DNA from: Octopus bimaculoides
Lineage: Eukaryota
NCBI RefSeq assembly: GCF_001194135.2
Contig: NC_068994.1
Span: 53,689,016-53,753,015, forward strand
Length of the DNA: 64,000 nucleotides
Reading direction: 5' to 3'
Shown here piece after piece: positions 1 to 13,200 of this stretch. The notes under the pieces were generated by a model. That model saw only the letters and a list, made by a program, of their open reading frames with translations, ran no database searches and had not been told where the DNA came from. The position numbers and the translations under genes were made by a program. Each line of letters opens with the position of its first letter. Position 1 is the stretch's first letter.

Positions 1-466
1 AAAATTAAATTTTCTCCATTTTTCTTTTTTTTTTTTTTTAAGCAAAGTTTTATTTTACAATTATTCCATGAAAATTGAGATCTGAATTTAATAATTACAT
101 ATATAATACGTATGTATATGATACAATTATATTACAAAATCACATTAAAATACAAATCCAAAATCGGAGAAAACACAGACATGAACGAAGAAAATGCTGT
201 TTTTAAAAAACGACAGAAAAAAGCTAGATGCTTACTAAATGGAAAAAAACTTTCAATGAGTGCAAATAACATTAAAATTAGTGAAAAAGAAAATAATGGC
301 ATCCTCATTCCTTCAAATTATACACCGTACCAAGAAATACTTTCTAAAAATTTTGACGTTGTCATACACACAAGATGGTTGTTTAACCTTTTTATATTTA
401 TTATAAAATAAAACTCGTAAACCCGGGGTCTGGCAAAGTGGATCATCGCAAAGTGAGGTATTACTG
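1..466. mobile_element. End of a Tigger/pogo-like DNA transposon (truncated by window start)
   Basis: Ends ...cgcaaagtgaggtattactg followed by TA. The reverse complement CAGTAATACCTCACTTTGCG is a Tigger-type terminus. Confidence 0.45.
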
Positions 467-1621
467 TATATTAATTTTCGAAGTTATAGAAGTAATATAA
501 AGAAGGCCATGAAAATTTGTTATAGAGGCAGCAGGTTGCCTCAAGGTGGTTATGGTTAAGAGATGTGGCCTCTGAAAAATGTTATGCTTCTTGGAGTAAT
601 TGTTAAGTGGACACAAGTTGGGGGTTTGCGCAACCTTGGCTGGGTCGCCTGGCTGAGGGTGCCTAATTGTTGACAGACTCGAGATACCCAATGACCCCAA
701 GAAACATCACTGATGATGTGTCTAGGTGCGTCACTATAATGTATAGAAAAATTATACTGTTCTGATTCCTAATTAAGACACAAGTCTAGAAGTGATGAAA
801 GGTAAAATTGATCTTGGCAGGATTTGAATCCAGAGTGTAAATAAATGGAATACTGCAAGACATTTTCTCTTTAACGATTCTGAAAATTTTTAATTTATTA
901 AGGGTGAAAAATGTAATGAAAATATATGTATACATTGGCATATCTACACAACGGTGCCCCCACCCAACTTTGTTTTTTCCCATACTTCTAAAAAATTGTT
1001 ATTTTTTAATTAATTTGAAGTGGTAAAAAAAAATGGTGAATACGCACTGACNNNNNNNNNNNNNNNNNNNNNNNNNNNNNNNNNNNNNNNNNNNNNNNNN
1101 NNNNNNNNNNNNNNNNNNNNNNNNNNNNNNNNNNNNNNNNNNNNNNNNNNNNNNNNNNNNNNNNNNNNNNNNNNNNNNNNNNNNNNNNNNNNNNNNNNNN
1201 NNNNNNNNNNNNNNNNNNNNNNNNNNNNNNNNNNNNNNNNNNNNNNNNNNNNNNNNNNNNNNNNNNNNNNNNNNNNNNNNNNNNNNNNNNNNNNNNNNNN
1301 NNNNNNNNNNNNNNNNNNNNNNNNNNNNNNNNNNNNNNNNNNNNNNNNNNNNNNNNNNNNNNNNNNNNNNNNNNNNNNNNNNNNNNNNNNNNNNNNNNNN
1401 NNNNNNNNNNNNNNNNNNNNNNNNNNNNNNNNNNNNNNNNNNNNNNNNNNNNNNNNNNNNNNNNNNNNNNNNNNNNNNNNNNNNNNNNNNNNNNNNNNNN
1501 NNNNNNNNNNNNNNNNNNNNNNNNNNNNNNNNNNNNNNNNNNNNNNNNNNNNNNNNNNNNNNNNNNNNNNNNNNNNNNNNNNNNNNNNNNNNNNNNNNNN
1601 NNNNNNNNNNNNNNNNNNNNN

Positions 1622-2182
1622 TTACATCTTGACCCAGAAATGAAAATCCAAAAAAATTACTGGAATGGGTGTAAAATAATGTGTAGGAAACGAATATGAA
1701 AAAAAAAAATGCGAGCAAAGCAACGGAAGGGTGGAGGAGAAGACTTCGGAAAATTCACAAGATCCAAGTTTTTCCCTCAACTTTTAGGAAAATGGGGTTT
1801 TTTCATTGAAATTTCATAGAAATACCTTTCAAACGGCATACATTACGATTATAAAGTAATTTGTGGGGTAAATCTTGAGGTGGGGAGAGGACTTCGGAAA
1901 ATGTCCCAATTATGTTGTAATTGTAACAAAAATGAATCATATCTCCAAAACCTGAAGTGAGAAAGTTTCTAGAAAAATCTTTTTGTTTTATAATGAGAAT
2001 ATTAATTTATTTTATCGCATGTCTTATCTTTTTATAATATAATTGTGTTCTCCATATAAATAGATTCAATAAACCTTTTGAATTCAAAGAATCTATGATT
2101 TTTTTCCTTTCAAATCAAGAGGGTGACGTCGGCGTAAATAATATATTTTGGGGTAACTGGTTAAAAAGTTCCCCGAGCCCTG
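1622..2182 (-). mobile_element. Possible hAT-like DNA transposon end
   Basis: Ends in ...ccccgagccctg (reverse complement CAGGGCTCGGGG) and retains CpG. The other terminus is not seen because of the gap. Confidence 0.35.
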
Positions 2183-3093
2183 ATCTAAGGTGCCTGACAG
2201 CATGACTTCTAACTGTTCAGTCGTTTTGCAATGTTTATCACCTTCGTTTTGCTTATATCTCTCTTAATAGTTCACCGAACTCGTTTTTCTATGTATGTTT
2301 TTCAAGGTATGTTGTGTGTGTGCGTGCGTGCATGCATGCGTACATGTGTATGTGTGCGTGTGTGTATTCGTGCATGTATATGTATGGTTGTATGGTTAAA
2401 AAGCTTTGTTCTGTGACAAAAAGTTCCTATTTTAAAGTGAACTAAATTAAAATCTTCCATTAAAGCTTCATGTTAATTTATGCTCGAAACGCCAGCAAGG
2501 TGTTTGCAAAGGTCTAAGAACTTATGGTGGTTTCCACTAACATACCAAAAGGACGGTAAGGCATCTTGAAAAGACAAGAAGACTGCTCGGAAAGACAAGC
2601 TGATAATGGGAAATACTATTGACACCAAGCAAGACTGGCAGAGGCTACGGATTTACAATAATCACCTCCGTAATCTTTTGTAATATCTACCAATTCACAT
2701 TGGTAGATGTTAGAACCCCATGCTTGGTCGAGAATCAATCAAATCCAATGACCAATATGGAAATGAACTTGGCAAATACCACCACGAGTGATATCTCGAG
2801 TACAGTGGAGAAGGCAAGCCACTGGATTTGGTTCTAAAGAGATGATGAGAATGGTTAGAATTTTTTAAAACGGGGGCCACATTTTTCATTAACGAAACAC
2901 TTTGAAACTTGGAACACTGGTAGAATGTGTCATATAAAACATCTTTTTCTCTTATCTTCTTTAAAAAAAAAGAAATTCATAAGTTACTCCATGTTAAAGT
3001 TGTCGTATTTCTGTAATTTCAACCAATCACTGACGTCCATTTAGCCGATATACATTAAGTGCCGACTACATAAACAAACGATTCTGAAACAAT

Positions 3094-3132
3094 TAACCCT
3101 AACCCTAGGGTTAGGGTTAGGGTTAGGGTTAA
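3094..3132. repeat. Head-to-head interstitial telomeric repeat (CCCTAA)2/(TTAGGG)4
   Basis: taaccctaaccct-agggttagggtta is a perfect palindrome, followed by further ttaggg units. Confidence 0.9.
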
Positions 3133-3896
3133 AGCAAATTTAAAATGAAAAAAGCAAATAAAACGAAGGTATGGAGATTAAATACGCTTTACATCGCTTA
3201 ATCAGCCAAAGGAGTAAATATAAACNNNNNNNNNNNNNNNNNNNNNNNNNNNNNNNNNNNNNNNNNNNNNNNNNNNNNNNNNNNNNNNNNNNNNNNNNNN
3301 NNNNNNNNNNNNNNNNNNNNNNNNNNNNNNNNNNNNNNNNNNNNNNNNNNNNNNNNNNNNNNNNNNNNNNNNNNNNNNNNNNNNNNNNNNNNNNNNNNNN
3401 NNNNNNNNNNNNNNNNNNNNNNNNNNNNNNNNNNNNNNNNNNNNNNNNNNNNNNNNNNNNNNNNNNNNNNNNNNNNNNNNNNNNNNNNNNNNNNNNNNNN
3501 NNNNNNNNNNNNNNNNNNNNNNNNNNNNNNNNNNNNNNNNNNNNNNNNNNNNNNNNNNNNNNNNNNNNNNNNNNNNNNNNNNNNNNNNNNNNNNNNNNNN
3601 NNNNNNNNNNNNNNNNNNNNNNNNNNNNNNNNNNNNNNNNNNNNNNNNNNNNNNNNNNNNNNNNNNNNNNNNNNNNNNNNNNNNNNNNNNNNNNNNNNNN
3701 NNNNNNNNNNNNATTGGCAGCACTTGCATATGCAAGTTTTTTCAAAACAAAAAAAAAATGCTCCAAACGCCAGCTTCATAATGACAAAGTTATTTTACTA
3801 AATTCTTCATTATTTCAAAACTTAATTGAAACAAATGTAATATATCTTAATAGAAACATGTTAACAAAAGGAAACGTGATACATCAAAATGTGTGT

Positions 3897-3955
<59 letters not shown>

Positions 3956-4211
3956 AATGTGCATATTTTTACAAACGTGTGTGTATCAGTGAGTGAGTAT
4001 ATGTGTGTAATAAAGCACGTGCGTGTTTTCTCAATTCAAAACAGCGTCTGGTTTACGATTTTCTGAATTGATTTTCGTCAACTGTCAGTAGGTGAGAGTG
4101 GCGGATTTTCTTAAAGTCCCCGACCTCACAGGGTGGGGAAAAAGTGATTGTCAACTTCGTCTACCATAAGAGTTTATATACTCTGACGGTGATTTTTTAC
4201 TGTATCCTGTA

Positions 4212-7200
4212 ATGCAACCAGGTAAGTTGTCTGTGTATGTATGTATGTGTATTTAGATTCTTTATATTTAATTAGTTTTTCTCTCAAAAGAGAAAATTGG
4301 GTAATATGTTTATAATTATTTAGGTTTATTTTCCATTTTTGTGAACGAGGCGTTGAGGTCTCACGAGCTGTTACAAAAATAGCAGCAAGATCTCCTTCAA
4401 ATCGCATCTTATGTAATACCTTTTTCATACTAAATAGTTGGACTTCTCTGATAATGTAAGAAATCCTAACAACTTTTTTTGTTTTTGTTAATTTCTATTT
4501 TTTCTTGTCAGGGCTAACTAGAATCTCAGAGTTCGATGTGATTGCTAAAAGCTATTCTACTGTGCATCTTGACTGGTCTTCTTCTCTACTCGAATACAAA
4601 TACAGCATTCTAAATGAGACTGACAGGGTCTACTGCATCGTACAGCAAATAGTTGGGAGCGACGAAGATGAGGCTGAATGGAATGATATATATATGTATG
4701 TACGCCTACGTCATAATTTGTCTAGTAAAGAAAATAACTATCAAGATTTCATTTCTCTGAAAATGGATTTTGTTGTTTAGCTCCAGGTCATCTTTGATCC
4801 AGCAGACCTTTGATCAAAGATGTTCCAGCCACAGCCATTCTGTTTTTTTTTTTTTTTGTCTTTGTTTTTGTTTTCATTTTCTTTTAAACATATTGTATTT
4901 AGGGCCACATTATTCAGTGTGTTGTTTTATTCAGGTCTAGCAACAGCATAGAGATTTTCTCATTGATTCATCTTGTGCGTTTTCAGTTTAGCCACATATC
5001 AGTCTTTATTAAGCAAACCGATAATCAAAGACATTCCAACCATGATCATCCCTTGCTCATTCAAAAAGAATTCATTGAGGCAGATTTTCTATGGTTGGAT
5101 GCCCTTCTTGCCACCAACCATCACCAGTTTCTAAGCACAATAATACTTCCCATAGACAGACATGTTTTGCTTGTTTACAGCAATCACATATCAAGTCAGT
5201 GACATCATGTAATATCACACACACATGTGCACACATGCACCCCCACCTACCCACACACATACACACATGAAGGCTTCTTTCAGTTTCCATCCACCAAATC
5301 CACTCACAAGGTTGGTCCATGACTATAGAAGATACTTATTGAAGGTGACATGCACTGTGCTTGGGGAACAGACATAACCATACAGCCTTGTTTATGCTTA
5401 TTTGGTGCACTCTGTTCTCAGAATTGCAAGCCTTTGCAATTATTTCCCATCCTCTGATTTTTTATGAAGGCATCAACCTGTAGAAATTCAAACTGAACAT
5501 CAACTACATCAGTCTCACCTGTATGGGAGAGCTTCTGTCCAGAGGCATAGCCAGGTTCAAAAGTTAGAGAGAGTCAGCACATGAAAAAAAGGTGCTGTGA
5601 CACATACCAAGCAATTTTTAACCCATTTCTCTTAAATTGCACGAAATATTTGTTCATTAGTTTAATGTTTTAGTAATAATGTCATTATGCATGAAACTTA
5701 TGACTACTAATATAAGTGTAGCATTAAAAAGATGAAACTCCACAGGATTGTCCAATGTCAAGAGGTTATGACATATTTTATGCAAGGAGCATTTTCTTTG
5801 ATATTAAATAGAAATGGGTGTGTAGTGAGACAAATAGAGAGATAAAGAGGTAAGTTGGTGTTAACATAGTCAATAGATGAAAAAATTAAATCCAGCCCCA
5901 TGACAGCATGGAAAATAGACATTAAAAGGTGGTGATGACAATGAAGAAGAACAAATACTTTAGTGATGAAACAAATAAACAAACAAATGGATAGGTGAGT
6001 GTGTACTAACATATGTATGGACCATTAAAAAGCTAATTAACAATAAATATATATTGATAAAAAAATCAACAACTAATATTTTCTTTTTATATGTAGTGGA
6101 TATGGTAAAAGTAAAATTGTTGAAGACCTTCAACCAAAGAAGGAGTACAAATTCAGAATTCGCTTCCACCGAAGTGATGACGTTTACTCAGCCTGGTCAC
6201 CAACAGTACAAGTTATTACCGATAGTAAGTCAACATTTTTGTTTTTTATTTCTATTTTATTCCTTTTACTTTGACTTTTTTTCTTTTCATCATTTACAAA
6301 CTTTTGATTTCTTAACAGCTTCAGTTTGAAAGAAGATGATCTGGTGCAGCCGCCTGGCTTGCCAGCCCTCAGTCAAACCGTCCGACCCATGCCAGCATGG
6401 AAAGCAGACGTTAAACAATGATGATGATGATGATGATCTCTCTCTTTCTTTTATTCAGATGAACCATACTATGGAGAGAACTTGCATAAAGCTGTACGAA
6501 ACCGATCTATGGCTGAAATTAAAACTGTTCTAAACTCTGGGTAAAGCATATTGTTTATTCATTTAATTTTTTTCGTTTTCTTTTTACCTTCTTTATTGTA
6601 TCTCTACTCATATTTGCTATTTTTGTTGTCATCATCATCAGCCATCATTATAAACACCATCACTATCATCATTGTCAGCATCAACAACAGCAGCATTATT
6701 ATCAACATAATTATCATCATTGCCATCATCTAAAGCCAAGAATGATATATCTAGTCATTCAAATTGCTCAGTATTACAAAAAAGGAAAAAAAAAACCCAA
6801 TTTTCCTCAACCAACATCCTACCTTTTGTCTTTTAGGGAGTACATTTTGTTCTTTGAGTCCCTAAATCTTACACCGCTCCCCATAACATTGACAAAATGC
6901 TTTAATCTAGAATCCATGAGGGATTTCTTGCTTTTCCTCTTAATGCTACAAACCTGGAGTTAAACATCAGACCTTACAAATCCTTATTAGGATTCTTAAG
7001 GGTTGGTGATAGGGATGATCACAAGGTTTCTTCTGAAGATAATAATTATATTGAGATTTATGATTTATAATGATACTAGTGTTAAATATTGACAATAACG
7101 ATGATTATTATGTTGATAGCAATGATGGTATTGGTGTTGTTGTTGTTGTTGGTGATAGGGAAGGAGAAAGGATATTGATAACAGTTTTTCATAATGTGTT

Positions 7201-10200
7201 ACAGAAATATCATAGTTGATGTGCGAGATGATCATGGTCTAAGTGCATTAATGAATACGGCAAAACTGGGCCAAACAGAGTAAGTATCCATTGTGTATAT
7301 ACAGTTTCATGGTGTGTATAGTGCCTAGTGTTGAAATGAAATAGCAGAATAAGATAACTACTTGCTCATATGCTTTTGTGTTCAAATCCACTTTAGATAT
7401 TTTGTTGTGTGTTTGGACAATTCTAGTCTCCATCAGATCACCTAGATACCAGAAATAAAAGTCAGATCATGTACAAATGCTACTGTTACATAAGATAAAC
7501 TGACATATATCCTGAGGTGAACATCAACATGTGGTTGCGAAATCAAATATAGTGGAAGTTAAAAACCACTCTGAGCTTGGGACACATTTACACTTGACAC
7601 TTACAATGTTTTGTGGTGTATATAAGGTCTACAGCAACCCTCATACAACCAGTAGAAGTTTTAATTTTTCTCTGTTTTCTACAGACTTATTAAACTAATG
7701 AGAAAGTCATAATTCTCAGCCTTGCATTAATTACATAAAATTCAAAGCTGTACACCTTTTCTCTTCATACAGATCTCAACCAGAGCAGAATCAATCATTG
7801 ACTCCTGGTGCCAAATGTTTCAGCTAAATAAGGCACCCATTTGTCATTTCTTTAGTGTATTTAAATGTCTGGTGGTCAAGAATATATCTGGAGATTTTTC
7901 ATTAAAGTTTTCTTTAAATAGTTTGGTGTAGAGTTCAAAGTGTTAGAGAGTGAGAGAAGATAACTAAACTACATCCTTTGTATTTCAGTGTTATGAAAAT
8001 GCTGTTGTCCTTTAATGCTTCTGTTAATGCTAAAGATGAGTCAGGAAAAACAGCGTGAGTATTTAGAATATCTTGTTTTATTTTGTGGTGGGGAGATAGG
8101 TCTTGACACATTAGAGCAGTAGTAGTAACTACTCATTACTTTGCAGTAGCTAACTTCTGTCACTAGATTTTATTGCCATCCATAGTAAAATACTAATTTG
8201 AAATAAAAAGTTTAGGGTGACCTTTTTCTAGATACACACATATGATTTGTTATGAATGATTCCTATGCTTTCAAAAAAACCCAAAAAAACCTGAGTTTCA
8301 GTAGCAGATAATAGCACCTTCTAGACCAGGGGAAGTATATATTTATGCCTGTGCTTGCAGGAGTAAATTCAACAGATGTTATGGAATTTTAAGTGAGTAA
8401 TAGAGAATGTGACACATTTGAGTTTTCAACAGTGAAAATGCTAGCATATCATTCAGCAGTAAGTTCTGCACACTCTTTGTGGCCTGTTTTGGGATTATGA
8501 AGAGAACCATCTGGAGAGTAATGCTTTTGTTCCAAATACACATATTTCCAGAACACTTTATTATCCTGGTTGGTTTTCTTTTTAATCAGTTGATTGATAT
8601 GGTTTTATCAGCCCCTCACTATCTATCTATTTAAAGCTATATATGGCTATGTTATGGCCAAACTTACAGTTTGTTTCTCCAGTCTAGAACTCAAATTAAA
8701 ATTTAATAAGATAAAGAAAAAATAACATTTAAATTTCAGTTTAAAAAACAAAAATAATTTCAATACTTTAATAAAATTTTAAATTTCAGTTTCATTTCTC
8801 TCCTTCAAAACTCATCTCTGGCTTTTCAGTTTAGTGAAATATCTCAGTTTCATTAGAACAAATTTTCAAAATAGAAGCATACATGTAAAAGAAAGCATAT
8901 ATGAAATAACGGGGGTTTTTTTCTGTTTTTTTTTTTTTGTTTTTTTTTGTGGTGTTATTTCAGTTTAATGCATGCCTGCTTCCATGGCCAGTTACCAGCT
9001 GTGAAGTTACTGATTGAGAATGGTGCACTCTATGATGATTATGATTTGGGTGGATCTAGTGCAATTCATTATGCCATTGACAGCTGCAACTGTGAGCTCA
9101 TCGAGTGGATTTTCAAATCAGGAGCAGATGTGAACTGTCGAGACAGAAATGCTGGCTGGACTCCATTGATGCGGTGTGGTGAGTTTTGTGTTGATAATTT
9201 GATTATTTTCGTTTTCTTTTTCCTTTTACAAATTCATTGGAAAGCACACATGCATGTGTTCCCTCTCCTCCTCGGAACTTTCCAAGAAGTCACCCTTCCT
9301 TGGACTTTTCCAGGTAATTTCGTACCCAACCTTGAAAATTTCCAAGAAGTCCTTCCGTGGAATTTTCCAGGTGATTGTGTCCACAACCACGGAACTTTCC
9401 AGGAAGTCGCCCTTCCTTGGACTTTCCAGGCAATCTCTTCCCTGTTCATGGACTTTTCTAGGTAATTTCGTCCCCAGTCTCGGAACTTTCCAGAACATGG
9501 ACTTTTCCAAGGTAATCCCGTCCTTGGGCTTTTCTAGGTAATTTGTCCGCAACCACGGGACTTTCCAGGAAGTCTTTCCATTTCGAGGAAGTCCAGCCCC
9601 TGCCTTGGACTTTTCCAAGTAATCTCTTCCCTGTTCATGGACTTTCCCAAGTAACTTCGTATCAAACTGGAACTTTCCAGGACATGGAAATTTCCAGGTA
9701 GTTTCGACCCCAACCACGAAACTTTCCAGGAAGTGTTTCCTCCTCGAAGCTTTCCAGGAAGTCACTGCTTCCTTGGACTTTTCCAGGTAATTTCGTCCCC
9801 AATATCGGAACTTTCCAGGACAGACTTTTGTAGGTAATCTCGTCTGCATCGTTGGACTTTTCCAGGTAATTTCGTTCATCACCACGGATCTTTCCCAAAA
9901 GTCCTCCCCTTCCTTGGACTTTTCCAGATAATCTCTTCCATGTTTGTGGACTTTTCAAGGTAATTTCGTCCCCAACCTCAGAAATTTCCAGGAAGTCTTT
10001 CCTCGGTACTTTCCAGGTAATTTCGTTCCCAATAACCTGGAACTTTTCAGGAGATCCTTCCTCACCTGGGAACTTTCCAGGAAGACCTTCTGGAAACTTT
10101 CCAGGAAATCCTCCCCTTGGAACTTTCAAGTCCTTCCCCCTTCTCGGAACTTTTTAGGAAGTACTCTCCTTCCTTGAAACTTTCCAGGAAGTACTTCCCT

Positions 10201-13200
10201 CGTCTACCTCCTTGGAACTATTCAGGAAGTCTCCCCCTCTCGTTCTTTGTAAGATCATTATATTGTGCACATGTAGTTGTTATGCATGTGCCTGGTGCAC
10301 CCTTTTCAAATGGGTAGTCATGATGGGTATAATGGGCTTCCTAAATTTTACCTCAGTGTCACTTTGATGGCATGCACTGCTCTCACTCAATAATAATAAT
10401 AATCCTTTCTACTGAAGGCACAAGGCCTTGAAATTTGGGGGGAGGGGACAAGTCGATTACTTGATACTAGTAATGATAATATATTAGTAATGGTTTCAAA
10501 TTTTGGTACGGAGCCTTCAGTTTTTTGAGAGGAGGGGCTAGTTGATTACATTGACTCTAGTACTTCATTGGTACTTATTTCCTCAACCCTGAAAGGATGA
10601 AAGACAAAGTCAACCTGGGTGGCATTTGAACTTTTAATTGGAAAAAGCAACAATTACTTGCTCAATTTAATACATAATGTGAAAGGAAATCAACCACTGT
10701 ATGTTGGATGCTACATAATGGGCTTATACCAGGCACCTCAAAAAATCAGACTTTACATAAAGACCACATTAGTGGTCTTTGAATTTCAAAAACCTCAGAC
10801 TATATCAGTGAAATGATGCACACATTACATTTTTTCTATCTGTTTTGATAGCCTCTCTTACTGGTAACTCAATAGTTGCTATGACATTAATTCACAATGG
10901 AGCCAATGTTAATCTCCAGGATAGTGATGGGAAGACCTGTTTAATGATTGCTGTCATCAATGGTCATCAGAAATTTGTGGAAGTTCTCTTGGAGAACGAC
11001 GCTGATACCACAATTATAAATAAGGTTAGTAGATTGTCATCTTTACTTTTTTATCTTAATATAATCATCATTATTGTTATTATTCATTGTGAAGGTTTAC
11101 ATAAAATGGGATGAGGAGGAAGCAAAAACAATGAGATAAAAGGTATATATACATAGTATACAAGTACATGAATGATACAGTCCTCCAATAATGACAATGG
11201 GTTCTGATTTTGGTACAAGGCCAGCAATTTTGAGGGGAGTGCAAGTTACATGGCAACCTTACTAGTACCAGTGGCATGGAAAAATTTCAGGCCTTTACCT
11301 ATAATAGAAAGGACTATGAGAATAGTGGATTAGTAGAATGGGTGGCAAGTTGGACTTAATTACTTTACAGTATTTAGTTATACTCCAAGTTCAAATCTTC
11401 ACACTGCATTTTATTGCATTTTAGCTTTCTAGGGTTGATAAAATAAATATCAGTCAAGTACTGGGCTAAATATAATTGATTGTACCCCTTTTCTGAAATG
11501 TATGGCCTTGTGCTTATGTTAGAAATTATTGTTGTAGAAGATGGCAGAATATGATGGAAGAAATGAATTGATAAGCTTCCTGACTAATGTCTTTCAGTAT
11601 TGAGTTTTGTCTCTTAATGTTCTGGTTCTTGATCCTACTATTTCTGTTTTCTTGATGATCCTTTTAGGATTAATGAAATAAGGACAAAAAACAAACTATG
11701 CTCTAGAGATCAAGGTTCAATAAAATAATTAAATTGGGGTTAATTCAATTGATATATTACCCATTCCTCTTCCAAAGATTGTCTTGACACTTAGGAAGAA
11801 ATCAACAGCCCTTTATATTTTGAGTTCAAATTCCACTCAACTTTGCTTTTCACTGTTTCAAGGAGTCAATGAAATAAAGCTATTGGAAAGTACTGGGAGC
11901 AGTTTAGTGGACTATATTGAATAGACTGTTCCCCAAATTCAAAGTCTTTATTAAAGAATCACTAATATATATGAACAACCATTTACATTTATTGTTTTTT
12001 GTTTTTCTTTCTCCCTTTTCAGAGTGGCCGATCAGCATATGACATGGCTATTTCCCTTGAAAAAAGAGTGAGTAGCTTCACCATCGAAGTTAATTCTTTA
12101 TCTCTTCCTCTTACTCTGTTACATCTGTCTTCTTTTACTTCTACTAGCCCCATTCTGATCTAATTAAGCAGCTCCTAAAATATGGATTTTTTGGAACCAG
12201 GAAAAATTAAAGGCCAAGTTGACCTCAATGGGATTTGAACTCATAGCATGAAAAACTGGAATATTATTGCCAGGCATTTTGTTAAATGTTTTAATGATCT
12301 TACAAATCCACTGTGTGATTAGGTAGGTAGGTTGGTAGGAAGGTAGGTAGCTAGGTAGGTAGATAAATAGGTAGGTAAGTAGTCAAGTGGCAAATATATA
12401 GACAGACGATGGCCTGGCAGTAACATCACTTTGACTAGACATGGTTCTTCTATCCAAAAGCACAAAGATGATCATTGTGACTGATTTTACTGTGCTTTGG
12501 GAGGACAGACTTGACATTTCTCAGTAACTGAAGAAATTCTAACACCAGGACTTGGTTAATGAAGCAATTGTCAAAGAATGGCATGCAGCCTCAGTCCCCA
12601 CTGAAGTCAGCTGTCATGTTTTCCCAGCAAGATCAGTGCACTGTTTCATGCAGAAGATTGGTTTGGAACCCAAACATCAGAAGAAAGCCTCAGAGGAGAT
12701 CACCTCAATGTGATCCTTTTGTTGACAATGATTAAAACTATCATATTGTTTGAAACCCTTCTGTACCTTCAGCAGGTATCTCAAGGTCACAAAAGTTTCA
12801 CCCCTTACTCTGTATACTTCTCCTGAGCGGAGGCAATGAAGACTGAACTAGTTTTTACCTACAGAAGGGCCCTATCTGCAGTCTTTTCTCAACCTCAACC
12901 GCATTGAGGTGATCTCTGCTGCCATGTCAATTCTTATTTGGAGTTATTGCTTTCCTAGGCAGGTAAAAGGACTATTGTTGTTGGATTGACAAAATCCTTA
13001 GAGCATCAGACAAAATGCTTTGCAATATTTAGTTACAGCCCTTCACATTCTAAGTTCAAATCCCACTTTGTAATTACTTTGCTCTCCTTCCTTCCAAGAT
13101 CAGTAAAATAAGGAATCAGTCAAATACTGTGGTTTATTTAACTGATTGTTCCCTCCTCCAAAATGTGTGATATTAAATCAGTGTTAGAAATCAATACATA

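Noticed and set aside
3990-4211. RFX X-box or FOXJ1 sites expected upstream of a ciliary gene (FANK1)
   Set aside because: Only half-site-like strings; no convincing full motif.
9226-10177. Long ORFs on both strands (219, 172, 155 aa) with repeated WKVP/PGKF motifs
   Set aside because: They are translations of the tandem repeat. The 172-aa ORF is FANK1 exon 7 running on into the intron. No independent gene evidence.
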